Shown here piece after piece: positions 25,784 to 34,521 of a DNA stretch of 64,000 bases. Each line of letters opens with the position of its first letter. The stretch's first letter is position 1. The DNA comes from an uncultured Pelagibacteraceae bacterium. Lineage in GTDB: Bacteria > Pseudomonadota > Alphaproteobacteria > Pelagibacterales > Pelagibacteraceae. The notes beneath the pieces are model-generated. The model was not told the DNA's origin, ran no database searches, and worked only from the letters and a program-made list of their open reading frames with translations. The stretch lies in assembly GCA_902526645.1 (NCBI GenBank), contig CABZLS010000003.1, forward strand, positions 20,773-84,772, read 5' to 3'. The translations under genes and the position numbers were made by a program.

Positions 25784-26494
25784 ATGTCAGAAAAATATCT
25801 TATTTTTGGTGCGACAGGATCAATCGGTTCTAGTTTGGCTGAACAATTAGTAAACTCAGGAAATTCAGTTCATTTAGTTGGTAGAAGTGAAAGTGAAACT
25901 AAAAATGTTTCTGAAAAATTAGGTTGTGCATATACAATAGCTGATGTTTTACAAGATGGATTTGTAGATAAGGTTAAAAATGATATTTCTGATATAAAAG
26001 GCATCGCATATTGTGTGGGTTCAATTGATTTGAAACCTTTAAGAATGGTTAGTGAACAAGATTTTAATAAGTGTATGAAACTAAATCTATATTCAGCAGT
26101 TGAGGTTATAAAAGGCTACCAAGATAATTTGAAAAAAAATAAAGGTTCGGTAGTTTTATTTTCCACAGTTGCCGCTCAAAGAGGTTTTACAAATCATGCA
26201 ATAATAGCCTCTACAAAAGCTGCTGTGGAGGGTCTAACAGTTTCTTTAGCTGCAGAATTTGCTCCTAATATAAGAGTAAACTGTATTGCGCCTAGTTTGA
26301 CTAACTCAAAAATCGCTGAGCCAATGTTAAAAAATAAAGCACTAGCAGATGGAATAGCTAAAGCTCATCCTTTAAAAAGATTGGGCGAAGGAAAAGATTC
26401 TGCCTCTCTTGCAAAATTTCTTATTACTGATGATAGCTCCTGGGTCACAGGTCAAATTATTGCTGTTGATGGCGGCAGGTCAAAACTTTCTTAA
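25784..26494 (+). CDS. Atypical short-chain dehydrogenase/reductase
   Basis: GATGSIG, YCVGSI.LKP, FSTVAA, IASTKAAVEG, IRVNCIAPSL, DGG motifs. Confidence 0.88.
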   Translation: MSEKYLIFGATGSIGSSLAEQLVNSGNSVHLVGRSESETKNVSEKLGCAYTIADVLQDGFVDKVKNDISDIKGIAYCVGSIDLKPLRMVSEQDFNKCMKLNLYSAVEVIKGYQDNLKKNKGSVVLFSTVAAQRGFTNHAIIASTKAAVEGLTVSLAAEFAPNIRVNCIAPSLTNSKIAEPMLKNKALADGIAKAHPLKRLGEGKDSASLAKFLITDDSSWVTGQIIAVDGGRSKLS

Positions 26495-26495
26495 A

Positions 26496-27560
26496 GTGAG
26501 AAGAATAGTTGTTACATTTTTTTTATTTTTATTTTATGTAAATTATTCTTTTGCAGAAAATTTAAAATTTAAAAAGATTGTAGATTTAGAAGGTCCCTGG
26601 GGATCTACTTTTATTAATGATAAAGAATTATTAATTACAGAAAAAAGTGGAAAAATTAAATTAATAGATCTTAATACTAAAAATATTTCTGTAATAAATC
26701 ATAATCTTAACTTGCTAGAACATGGGCAGGGTGGTTTATTAGATATTCTTTTTAAAAATAATTTTGTTTATGTTTCATACACAGAAAATAGAGGAGATTG
26801 GAAAACTAGTACTTCAATAGCAAAATCAAAATTTGATAAAAAAGATTTATTTTTTAAAAATATTTTTCAAGCAAATCCACCGATTGATTCAGGATATCAT
26901 TTTGGATCAAGATTAACCATCAAGGATAACTATCTTTATGCGTCTGCTGGAGAAAGAGGACAAGGTATGATAGCACAAGATCCCACAAAACATCCTGGCA
27001 GTATTATTAGGATTAATACTGATGGAAGTATTCCAAAAGATAATCCAAAATTTGAGGGTAAATCAAATTGGTTACCTGAAATTTATCAAATAGGTATTAG
27101 AAATCCTCAAGGTCTAACTTTATCTCCATTTGATGGAAAAATTTATATGAGTAATCACGGAGCAAGAGGCGGAGATTGGTTTGGTGAAGCTAAAAAAGGT
27201 GAAAATTATGGATGGAAAATTTTGGGTTGGGGTGGAACAAATTATTCAGGTATTCCTATTGGTCCTAAATGGAAACCAGGATTTACAAAAGCGATACAAT
27301 ATTGGGTTCCATCTATAGCAACAAGTGCAATAACTATATACAAAGGTAAAGAGTTCAATGATTGGAATGGACATGCTTTAATTACTTCACTAAAAGACAA
27401 ATCCCTGAGAAAATTAATATTTGATGACTTATCGAACGTAAAAGAAGATATTATTTTTAAAAATGAAATTGGAAGAATAAGAGACATACAAGTACATCCA
27501 AGTAACGGAAAAATTTATTTTTTAGCAGGAGACAAATTGTGGCTGATGGAAAAAAATTAA
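26496..27560 (+). CDS. PQQ-dependent sugar dehydrogenase (YliI/aldose sugar dehydrogenase family)
   Basis: PWG, GQGGLLD, HFGSRL, GIRNPQG, NHGARGGD, NYGW, GRIRD motifs; GTG 26496 chosen as start because it gives a signal peptide. Confidence 0.88.
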   Translation: MRRIVVTFFLFLFYVNYSFAENLKFKKIVDLEGPWGSTFINDKELLITEKSGKIKLIDLNTKNISVINHNLNLLEHGQGGLLDILFKNNFVYVSYTENRGDWKTSTSIAKSKFDKKDLFFKNIFQANPPIDSGYHFGSRLTIKDNYLYASAGERGQGMIAQDPTKHPGSIIRINTDGSIPKDNPKFEGKSNWLPEIYQIGIRNPQGLTLSPFDGKIYMSNHGARGGDWFGEAKKGENYGWKILGWGGTNYSGIPIGPKWKPGFTKAIQYWVPSIATSAITIYKGKEFNDWNGHALITSLKDKSLRKLIFDDLSNVKEDIIFKNEIGRIRDIQVHPSNGKIYFLAGDKLWLMEKN

Positions 27561-28612
27561 TAAAAATATTAAGTATTTTAGTTGGAATTTTTTTTTATAA
27601 TTGTTTAAGTATTGCTATGGAAAAGCCTTATCATCACCTCCCAGATGGAACTTTTAGAAATCCAGAGGGTTCCCCCAAAAGAGATCCTAATGTTAAATGG
27701 TCTTATAAAATATTCAATCAAGAAAAAAAGAAGCTTGATATGACTGTACCAAAGGATCATGTTGTTAAAAAAGAGAAAGTTTTATCAGATCTTAAAAAAT
27801 ATCAAGAGGATGATTATGTGGCTTGGATAGGACATGCGACATTTTTAATAAAACTGGGTGATACAACAATAATTACAGATCCTGTTTTTTCAAAAAACGC
27901 AGGACCTTTAATATTTGGTCCAAAAAGGTTTACTGATCCTGCATTAACACTTAAAGAGATTCCAAAAATAGATCTATTTTTATTAACTCATAATCATTAT
28001 GATCATCAAGACATGACTACGATCAGAAAATTTCCATATAAAACAGCTAAAGTTTTACTTCCACTCAAACTTGGTAAATATTTTAAAAGATATAATGATG
28101 TAAATGAAATGGATTGGTATGATGAAATTAAAATAAACAACAATTTAAAAGTAACATTTTTGCCTGCGGTTCATTGGTCAAAAAGAAGTCTCACAGACAC
28201 AAACAAGACTTTGTGGGGAAATTTTTTGATTGAGTATAACAAAAAAAAAATTTTATTTGCCTGCGATACTGGTATTGGAGATATCTATAAAGAAATCGGT
28301 AATAAATTTGGTCCAATTGATCTTACATTTATAAATATTGGAGCATATAACTTTTATCCAATAATGCCTTACAAAGACAAATCAGTTTATCATACTAATC
28401 CTGAAGAAGCTTTAGAAATTGCTCGAAATTTAAAAAGTAAAAAAGTGATTGGTATGCATTGGGGAACTTTCGTTTTATCTTTAGAGCCTATTATGGAGCC
28501 TCCAACAAGATTTAAAGCTAGTGCAGAAAAATACGGATTTAAGAAAAAAGATATTATTACCTATAAAATAGGTGAGTTTGAGTCATTGAAAAAATTACTA
28601 AATTATAATTAA
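27539..28612 (+). CDS. MBL-fold metallo-hydrolase (NAPE-PLD/RomA-like)
   Basis: WIGHATF, TDPVFS, THNHYDH, PAVHWS, IGAY, HTNPEEA, GMHWGTF motifs. Confidence 0.88.
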   Translation: MADGKKLIKILSILVGIFFYNCLSIAMEKPYHHLPDGTFRNPEGSPKRDPNVKWSYKIFNQEKKKLDMTVPKDHVVKKEKVLSDLKKYQEDDYVAWIGHATFLIKLGDTTIITDPVFSKNAGPLIFGPKRFTDPALTLKEIPKIDLFLLTHNHYDHQDMTTIRKFPYKTAKVLLPLKLGKYFKRYNDVNEMDWYDEIKINNNLKVTFLPAVHWSKRSLTDTNKTLWGNFLIEYNKKKILFACDTGIGDIYKEIGNKFGPIDLTFINIGAYNFYPIMPYKDKSVYHTNPEEALEIARNLKSKKVIGMHWGTFVLSLEPIMEPPTRFKASAEKYGFKKKDIITYKIGEFESLKKLLNYN

Positions 28613-28872
28613 TTATCTAATAATTTTTTTTTTGCCTTTTCAAATTCCTCTTGGGTTAAAACGCCATCTTTCAAAAGTTGATTTAATTTTTCAATTTCAT
28701 TGCTGAGATTATTTTCATCACGAAAAAACTCTTCTGGTTTTTCATTTTCAATATTTTGTTCCTCTTTGTTAGCACTTTTTGCACTAAAACCTTTCATAAT
28801 AGCTGTGGCTCCTAAATATAAAACAAAACCAAGAATTGGTATTACTAAACCAAAAAAAATAATCTTCTCCAT
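28609..28872 (-). CDS. Small membrane protein with C-terminal SHOCT domain
   Basis: N-terminal TM; EIEKLNQLLKDGVLTQEEFEKAKKKLL. Confidence 0.85.
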   Translation of the reverse strand: MEKIIFFGLVIPILGFVLYLGATAIMKGFSAKSANKEEQNIENEKPEEFFRDENNLSNEIEKLNQLLKDGVLTQEEFEKAKKKLLDN

Positions 28873-28875
28873 TAA

Positions 28876-29079
28876 TTAATCCTCGTCTTCCTCTCTCCAA
28901 TTTTTTTCATACATAAGCCAAGCAGCAAATATAACTGAAAATGTACCAACAATCATACCATAATCAAAACCAGTTTGTTGATCATAAAGATACCAGCCTA
29001 ATTGAGTTGCTCCAATTGGGGGTATTGTCAGTATAGCCATAACTATGGCTATTCTGTACGGATATTTTGGTTTTTTCAT
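28876..29079 (-). CDS. Hypothetical small 2-TM protein
   Basis: 67-aa ORF tightly spaced with the downstream gene. Confidence 0.65.
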   Translation of the reverse strand: MKKPKYPYRIAIVMAILTIPPIGATQLGWYLYDQQTGFDYGMIVGTFSVIFAAWLMYEKNWREEDED

Positions 29080-29116
29080 ATCTCAACTTACCAAAATTTT
29101 ATTATTGATTTAAATG

Positions 29117-29962
29117 CTAAATTTGCGATCTTTTGAAACACTCAATTGTATTTTTCAGTAAACATGCAATCGTCATAGGACCTACGCCTCCTGGAACTGG
29201 TGTTAAAGCTTTAGCATTTTTAGAAACTTCATCAAATGCAACATCACCTACTATCCCTTTGTCTGTTTTATTTATACCAACATCAATTACAATCGTATCT
29301 TTTTTTACCCAATCACCTCTAACTAGCTCAGGTATACCAACTGCTGCAACAATTATATCTGCCTCTAAACACTCTGCTTTAAGATTTTTAGTTTTTGAAT
29401 GAGTAACAGTAACAGTACAATTTTCTTTTAATAGAAGTTGTGTCATTGGCTTACCATTTAAGTTTGACCTACCAACTACAACAGCTTTTTTACCATTTAA
29501 ATTGGGCTCAATTTTTTTTATCAGCAAGTAACATCCTAAAGGAGTACAAGGCACTGAGCTCTCATAACCAGAGGAGAGATTTCCTACATTCATTGGATGA
29601 AAGCCGTCTACATCTTTTGAAGGATCAATGGCTTCAATGACCTTTTGTTTATCTATATGTTTTGGAAGAGGTAATTGAACTAAAATACCAGATACTGACT
29701 CATCTTTATTTAGTTCATTTATTTTTTTTAAAATAACCTTTTCTTCTACTGAGTCTGGATATTTTATAACATCTGATTTTAACCCAACTTCATTTGCAGA
29801 TTTTTCTTTATTTCGAACGTAAATTTGACTAGGTGTTAAATCACCTATTAAGATTACTGTTAATCCAGGAACTTTATTGTATTTTGCTTTTAATTCAGAA
29901 ACTTCTTTTTTTAGTTTCTCTCTTAAAAGTGCTGCTTCTTTTTTACCATCAATTAAATTCAT
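29117..29962 (-). CDS. folD: Methylenetetrahydrofolate dehydrogenase/cyclohydrolase
   Basis: YVRNKEK, GILVQLPLP, KDVDGFH, PCTPLG, TPVPGGVGPMT motifs. Confidence 0.97.
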   Translation of the reverse strand: MNLIDGKKEAALLREKLKKEVSELKAKYNKVPGLTVILIGDLTPSQIYVRNKEKSANEVGLKSDVIKYPDSVEEKVILKKINELNKDESVSGILVQLPLPKHIDKQKVIEAIDPSKDVDGFHPMNVGNLSSGYESSVPCTPLGCYLLIKKIEPNLNGKKAVVVGRSNLNGKPMTQLLLKENCTVTVTHSKTKNLKAECLEADIIVAAVGIPELVRGDWVKKDTIVIDVGINKTDKGIVGDVAFDEVSKNAKALTPVPGGVGPMTIACLLKNTIECFKRSQI

Positions 29963-29968
29963 AAACTT

Positions 29969-30259
29969 TTAAAATATCATTGGTGCGATGTAGAGCTTCA
30001 TACACATTTCTATGAACCAAATCAACAAAAGTAAAATAATTGGGGAAATATCCAAAGCACCTAAATTTGGAAGAAATCGTCTTATTCTCATTAAAAAAGG
30101 CTCTGTAAGTCTATAAGTAAAATCTAAGATTACGAATACAAATCTATTTTGAGTATTTAAAACATTAAATGCAATTAACCAGCTTATTAAAACATTTGCT
30201 ATAACTACATATGAATAAAGTTTTAATAATTGCAAAACTAAGTAAAAAATAGCAATCAT
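29969..30259 (-). CDS. YggT family protein
   Basis: LTEPFL.RIRR.LP...LDISPI motif. Confidence 0.9.
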   Translation of the reverse strand: MIAIFYLVLQLLKLYSYVVIANVLISWLIAFNVLNTQNRFVFVILDFTYRLTEPFLMRIRRFLPNLGALDISPIILLLLIWFIEMCMKLYIAPMIF

Positions 30260-31341
30260 TTTTTTTCAACATAAATAGACTGGCTTGGAAAAGCAAAAGA
30301 AGCTTTATTACTCTCAACTATTTGTTTTATCGCAATAGCTAAACGCTCTTTTACTGATAACCAATCATTCCAACTATCCGTTTTTGTAAAACAACGAACA
30401 TACATATCTATTGAACTATCAGAAAATTTATCAACTCTCACTGCAACACCTATGCTAGTATTAAAGTCGTCACTTTTATTAATATGATCTTCAATTTGGT
30501 TTCTTATAGTTTTTAATTGATCAACTGTAGTGTCGTACTGAAGAGTAATTATCCAACTAATTAACCAATTTGAAGTTTCACTAATATTAATGACTGCATT
30601 TTCTGCAAATTGAAAATTTGGAATTATGGCTAAAGATTTATCAAATTTTCTGATTGTGGTAGATCTAAAACCAATTTTCTCAACAATGCCCTCAATTATT
30701 CCATCAACTAAAATCCAGTCACCAATTCTAAATCTTTTTTCTACTAGAACTAAAATTCCTGAAATTAAATTTTTAAATAAATCTTGAGCTCCCAAAGCAA
30801 CAGCTACTCCAAATAAACCTAGCCCAGCTATAATCGGTCCAATTTTGATACCCCACAATTCCAAAACTGCTGCCAAACCTAAAATGAAAATAAGAATTTT
30901 AAGCGATTTGATTATCCAACCAATTAATTCTCTTGTTAAAAGTTTATCAAGACCACTTAAAATATAAGATACTGGTTCAATAACTTGATGAATTATCCAA
31001 AAAATTAGAATTGTAATTAAGGTTCTGTTAATAGTATCAACAACCTCTCTACCCTCTATTGAGAAAGTCATATAATAGCTTGCAATAAAAAATCCCAGAA
31101 CAATTGGTAAAAATCTTGCCGGCCCAATTAAAGCATTTACAAATGTATCATCTAATTTATTTGTAGTTCTCTTAGAAATAATTTCTAATTTTTTAATTAT
31201 AAGTTTACTTATTAAACCCCTAAAAATTAAAAAAATTAAGAAAATTCCTATCCCGATTAATATTTGAAAAATATCTACTCCAAGAATTCCTTTATTCCAT
31301 ACTGATAAAAATATTTCTGAAAAATTATATATCAATTCCAT
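30256..31341 (-). CDS. Small-conductance mechanosensitive channel (MscS family)
   Basis: GLGLFGVAVALGAQD..KNLISG, F.IGDWI, G.VEKIGFRSTTIR, IPN motifs. Confidence 0.92.
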   Translation of the reverse strand: MELIYNFSEIFLSVWNKGILGVDIFQILIGIGIFLIFLIFRGLISKLIIKKLEIISKRTTNKLDDTFVNALIGPARFLPIVLGFFIASYYMTFSIEGREVVDTINRTLITILIFWIIHQVIEPVSYILSGLDKLLTRELIGWIIKSLKILIFILGLAAVLELWGIKIGPIIAGLGLFGVAVALGAQDLFKNLISGILVLVEKRFRIGDWILVDGIIEGIVEKIGFRSTTIRKFDKSLAIIPNFQFAENAVINISETSNWLISWIITLQYDTTVDQLKTIRNQIEDHINKSDDFNTSIGVAVRVDKFSDSSIDMYVRCFTKTDSWNDWLSVKERLAIAIKQIVESNKASFAFPSQSIYVEKK

Positions 31342-31343
31342 AA

Positions 31344-32042
31344 TTAAATTTTATATAACAAAAACTCCTCTTCTCCTGGATTAAAAAGAAATATTTTTTT
31401 CCATTTAATTTCATTCAATATAGACGAAGTTTTTTCACCTATACACATTAAATTGGTATTCATCCATATATTTTCTATTTTATTAATTTTAATAAAATTT
31501 AATAGACTAGAGGCACTATTTTGTGAATAAACATACACTAAATCCGGAACGTTTAATTTAAGTTCGTTTACAAAATTTTTATCAAATTTTTGATTGTGTT
31601 CTACCCGATAGTTAATAATTCTTTTAATATTAAAGCCCTCATTCAAAAGCTGCTTGTCCAAATCGGCTGAAATTTTTTCACCACTTATGTAAAGTAGTGG
31701 TTTAGATTTAATTTCATAATTTTGTAAAATTAATTCTTTCAAATTTAAAACATTTCCCTCTGCAGCAATTGTATTTTGAAAACCAAAGTTTCTTGCCTTT
31801 TTTTCAGTTTTATTGCCTACACAAAAACATAATATATTCCTGTTTAATTTATCTAAATCCAAAAATTTTACAGCGTTTGTGCTTGTAAATATAACTCCAC
31901 CATATTCAGAAAAATTTATTTTTTCATATTTCATTTTTTCAATAATTAATAATGGAATATGAGAAACTTGATGACCTAGTGATTTAAATTTCAAAATCAT
32001 TTCTGAACAATCCTCCAAAGGTCGCGTTAATAAAATGTGCAT
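31344..32042 (-). CDS. hemD: Uroporphyrinogen-III synthase
   Basis: ILLTRP, IFTSTNAV, CVG..T, YVYSQNSA; directly downstream of hemC. Confidence 0.88.
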   Translation of the reverse strand: MHILLTRPLEDCSEMILKFKSLGHQVSHIPLLIIEKMKYEKINFSEYGGVIFTSTNAVKFLDLDKLNRNILCFCVGNKTEKKARNFGFQNTIAAEGNVLNLKELILQNYEIKSKPLLYISGEKISADLDKQLLNEGFNIKRIINYRVEHNQKFDKNFVNELKLNVPDLVYVYSQNSASSLLNFIKINKIENIWMNTNLMCIGEKTSSILNEIKWKKIFLFNPGEEEFLLYKI

Positions 32043-32043
32043 A

Positions 32044-32961
32044 TTATCTTTTATATGAGTTGTTTGATTTAATTTTTAAAATTTCGCCAATTCTTTTTCC
32101 AACTTCATTAAATTTTTCGATTTTTTCAGTTTTTTTTTCATAAAATCTTTTTGACCCGTCTAAAGAAAAAAGTTCTGCTTCTACAATTATGTTTTCTCCA
32201 TCAATAATAGAATGTGCTCCTACAGCAGTTTCACAATTCCCCTCTAAGACTTTTAAAATATTTCTCTCCGCATGTGCTCTTTTATATGTTTCATCATGAT
32301 TTATTTTTTTTAAAAGAGAGATTATTTCATTATCATTTTCTCTGCATTGAAGCGCAATAATGCCTTGACCTGCACTAGGAAGTATTTCTTTGGTCGTAAA
32401 TATTTCTGTTATCTCATTTTCTAGTTTTAAACATTTAATTCCAGCTAAAGACAAAATAATCGCGTCGTATCTACCCTCTTTTAATTTTTTAATTCTGGTA
32501 TCAACATTACCTCTAATAAGTTTACAATTAATATCAGGTCTTAATCTTTTTATCTGAAACTCCCTCCTATATGAAGAAGTTCCGACTATAGATTTAACAT
32601 TTAACTCTTTTAACTTTTTTTTATCTTTAGAAACTAAAATTTCTTTTGGATCATTTCTTTCTAAAAAAAAATCTGTTATCAAACCATTAGTTTCCATTGC
32701 TGGTAAATCTTTAAGTGCATGAACTGCTATATCAATATTTTTGTCCATAAGTTCCTTTTCTATGTTACTTGAAAACAAACCTTTACCTCCCAATTCAGAA
32801 AGTCTCTCATTTTTTACTTGATCACCTTTAGTAGTAATTACTTTGATAACAACATTCTCTTCTCTTAAGTCAGTATTTTTTAGAATAGTATCTTTAGCTT
32901 TATGAGCGTAGAGTAATGCTAATTTACTACCTCTAGATCCAATTATTAATTCTTTGATCAT
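32044..32961 (-). CDS. hemC: Hydroxymethylbilane synthase
   Basis: GSRGSKLA, GGKGLF, AVHALKD, GTSSYRR, IRGNVDTR, LEGNC motifs. Confidence 0.96.
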   Translation of the reverse strand: MIKELIIGSRGSKLALLYAHKAKDTILKNTDLREENVVIKVITTKGDQVKNERLSELGGKGLFSSNIEKELMDKNIDIAVHALKDLPAMETNGLITDFFLERNDPKEILVSKDKKKLKELNVKSIVGTSSYRREFQIKRLRPDINCKLIRGNVDTRIKKLKEGRYDAIILSLAGIKCLKLENEITEIFTTKEILPSAGQGIIALQCRENDNEIISLLKKINHDETYKRAHAERNILKVLEGNCETAVGAHSIIDGENIIVEAELFSLDGSKRFYEKKTEKIEKFNEVGKRIGEILKIKSNNSYKR

Positions 32962-33017
32962 AAATAAATTTATTTCTTTTTTGTATTGAGATTGTACAAT
33001 TATTAAAAAGTATTTGA

Positions 33018-34091
33018 ATGAGTAAAAAACCCTTAATTCTTGGAATAGAGTCTAGTTGTGATGAAACATCAGGTTCAATAATATCAGAAAATGATAAAGG
33101 ACAGCCTATTGTTTTGTCTAATATTATATCAAGCCAAGTGGATGTGCACAAAGAATTCGGTGGAGTTGTACCCGAACTGGCTGCTAGATCACATATAGAA
33201 AAAATCGACTGGATTGTCCAAAAAGCAATAGATGATAGTGGAATTAAAATTAATGAAATTGATGCTGTTGCATCAACAGCTGGGCCTGGTTTAGTTGTTT
33301 GTCTTTCAGTTGGTTTAAGTTTTGGAAAGGCTTTAGCTGCTTCTTTAAACAAACCTTTCATAGCAGTAAATCATTTAGAAGGTCATGCTTTAAGTCCTAA
33401 GCTAAATTCAGAGTTAAACTATCCATATTTACTTTTACTTATTTCGGGTGGACATTCACAATATTTGAGTGTTAATAATTTAAGTAAATATCAAAGACTT
33501 GGAACAACCATTGATGATGCTATCGGAGAAGCTTTTGATAAAACAGCCAAACTTTTAGACATAGAATTTCCTGGGGGCCCACAAATAGAAGTTTTAGCAA
33601 AAAAAGGAGATCCAAATAAATATAATTTACCAAAACCAATTTTTAATAAAGGAGGGTGCAATTTATCTTTTGCAGGTCTTAAAACAGCAGTTTTAAAAAT
33701 CACAAATCAAATTAAAACTGACCAGGAAAAATTTGATCTTGCTGCATCATTTCAAAAAACAATATTAGAAATCTTATATAAAAAAACAAAAATAGCTTTT
33801 GAGCAATTTGAAAAACAAGTTAATCCAAAAGAAAAAAAGTTTGTTGTTGCTGGTGGTGTAGCGGCAAATAAAGAAATTAGAAATATGCTTATGAAACTTT
33901 GTGAAGAAGAAAATTATGAACCTATTTTTCCTCCTATTGAATTATGTGGAGATAATGCAGCAATGATTGGAATGGTGGGATTGGAAAAATTTAAATTAAA
34001 ACAATTTAATAATTTAGATTACCCTGCAAAACCACGATGGCCTCTTGACGAGAATGCAGCATTTCTAAAAGGTGCTGGGGTTAAATTATGA
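33018..34091 (+). CDS. tsaD: tRNA threonylcarbamoyltransferase TsaD
   Basis: LGIESSCDET, GGVVPELAARSH, NHLEGH, SGGHS, DDAIGEAFDK, CGDNAAMI motifs. Confidence 0.97.
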   Translation: MSKKPLILGIESSCDETSGSIISENDKGQPIVLSNIISSQVDVHKEFGGVVPELAARSHIEKIDWIVQKAIDDSGIKINEIDAVASTAGPGLVVCLSVGLSFGKALAASLNKPFIAVNHLEGHALSPKLNSELNYPYLLLLISGGHSQYLSVNNLSKYQRLGTTIDDAIGEAFDKTAKLLDIEFPGGPQIEVLAKKGDPNKYNLPKPIFNKGGCNLSFAGLKTAVLKITNQIKTDQEKFDLAASFQKTILEILYKKTKIAFEQFEKQVNPKEKKFVVAGGVAANKEIRNMLMKLCEEENYEPIFPPIELCGDNAAMIGMVGLEKFKLKQFNNLDYPAKPRWPLDENAAFLKGAGVKL

Positions 34092-34507
34092 GCAAAAACT
34101 ACTGGTTAATGAAATCTGAACCAGATGTTTGGTCTATAGATCAACAAGAGAAAGCTGGAAACAAAGGAGCGCCTTGGGATGGAGTGAGAAACTATCAGGC
34201 TGCAAAAAATCTAAAAACAATGAAAAAGGGTGACCAATGCTTTTTTTATCACTCAAATATTGGCAGAGAGATAGTCGGAGTCGTTGAAGTTATAAGAGAA
34301 GCTTACAGAGATAAAACTGACCAATCTGGTCGATTTGTAGCTGTAACTGTTAAATTTATTAAAAAACTTAAAAGACCAGTTTCACTAGAAAATATTAAAA
34401 AAAATAAGGAATTGAGCCATTTATTATTAATTAAACAAAGTCGGCTATCTGTAATGCCTATTGACTCTAAAAGCTGGAAAATTTTGAATGAAATGGGTAA
34501 AGTTTGA
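34088..34507 (+). CDS. EVE domain-containing protein
   Basis: YWLMKSEP, WDGVRNYQA, FFYHS, RLSVMP motifs. Confidence 0.93.
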   Translation: MSKNYWLMKSEPDVWSIDQQEKAGNKGAPWDGVRNYQAAKNLKTMKKGDQCFFYHSNIGREIVGVVEVIREAYRDKTDQSGRFVAVTVKFIKKLKRPVSLENIKKNKELSHLLLIKQSRLSVMPIDSKSWKILNEMGKV

Positions 34508-34521
34508 GATAAAATTAATTT

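Noticed and set aside
26409-26495. ORF-track N-terminus of the PQQ dehydrogenase overlapping the SDR by 86 nt
   Set aside because: GTG 26496, just after the SDR stop, gives a typical signal peptide.
32933-33361. 142-aa minus-strand ORF
   Set aside because: Antisense shadow of tsaD.
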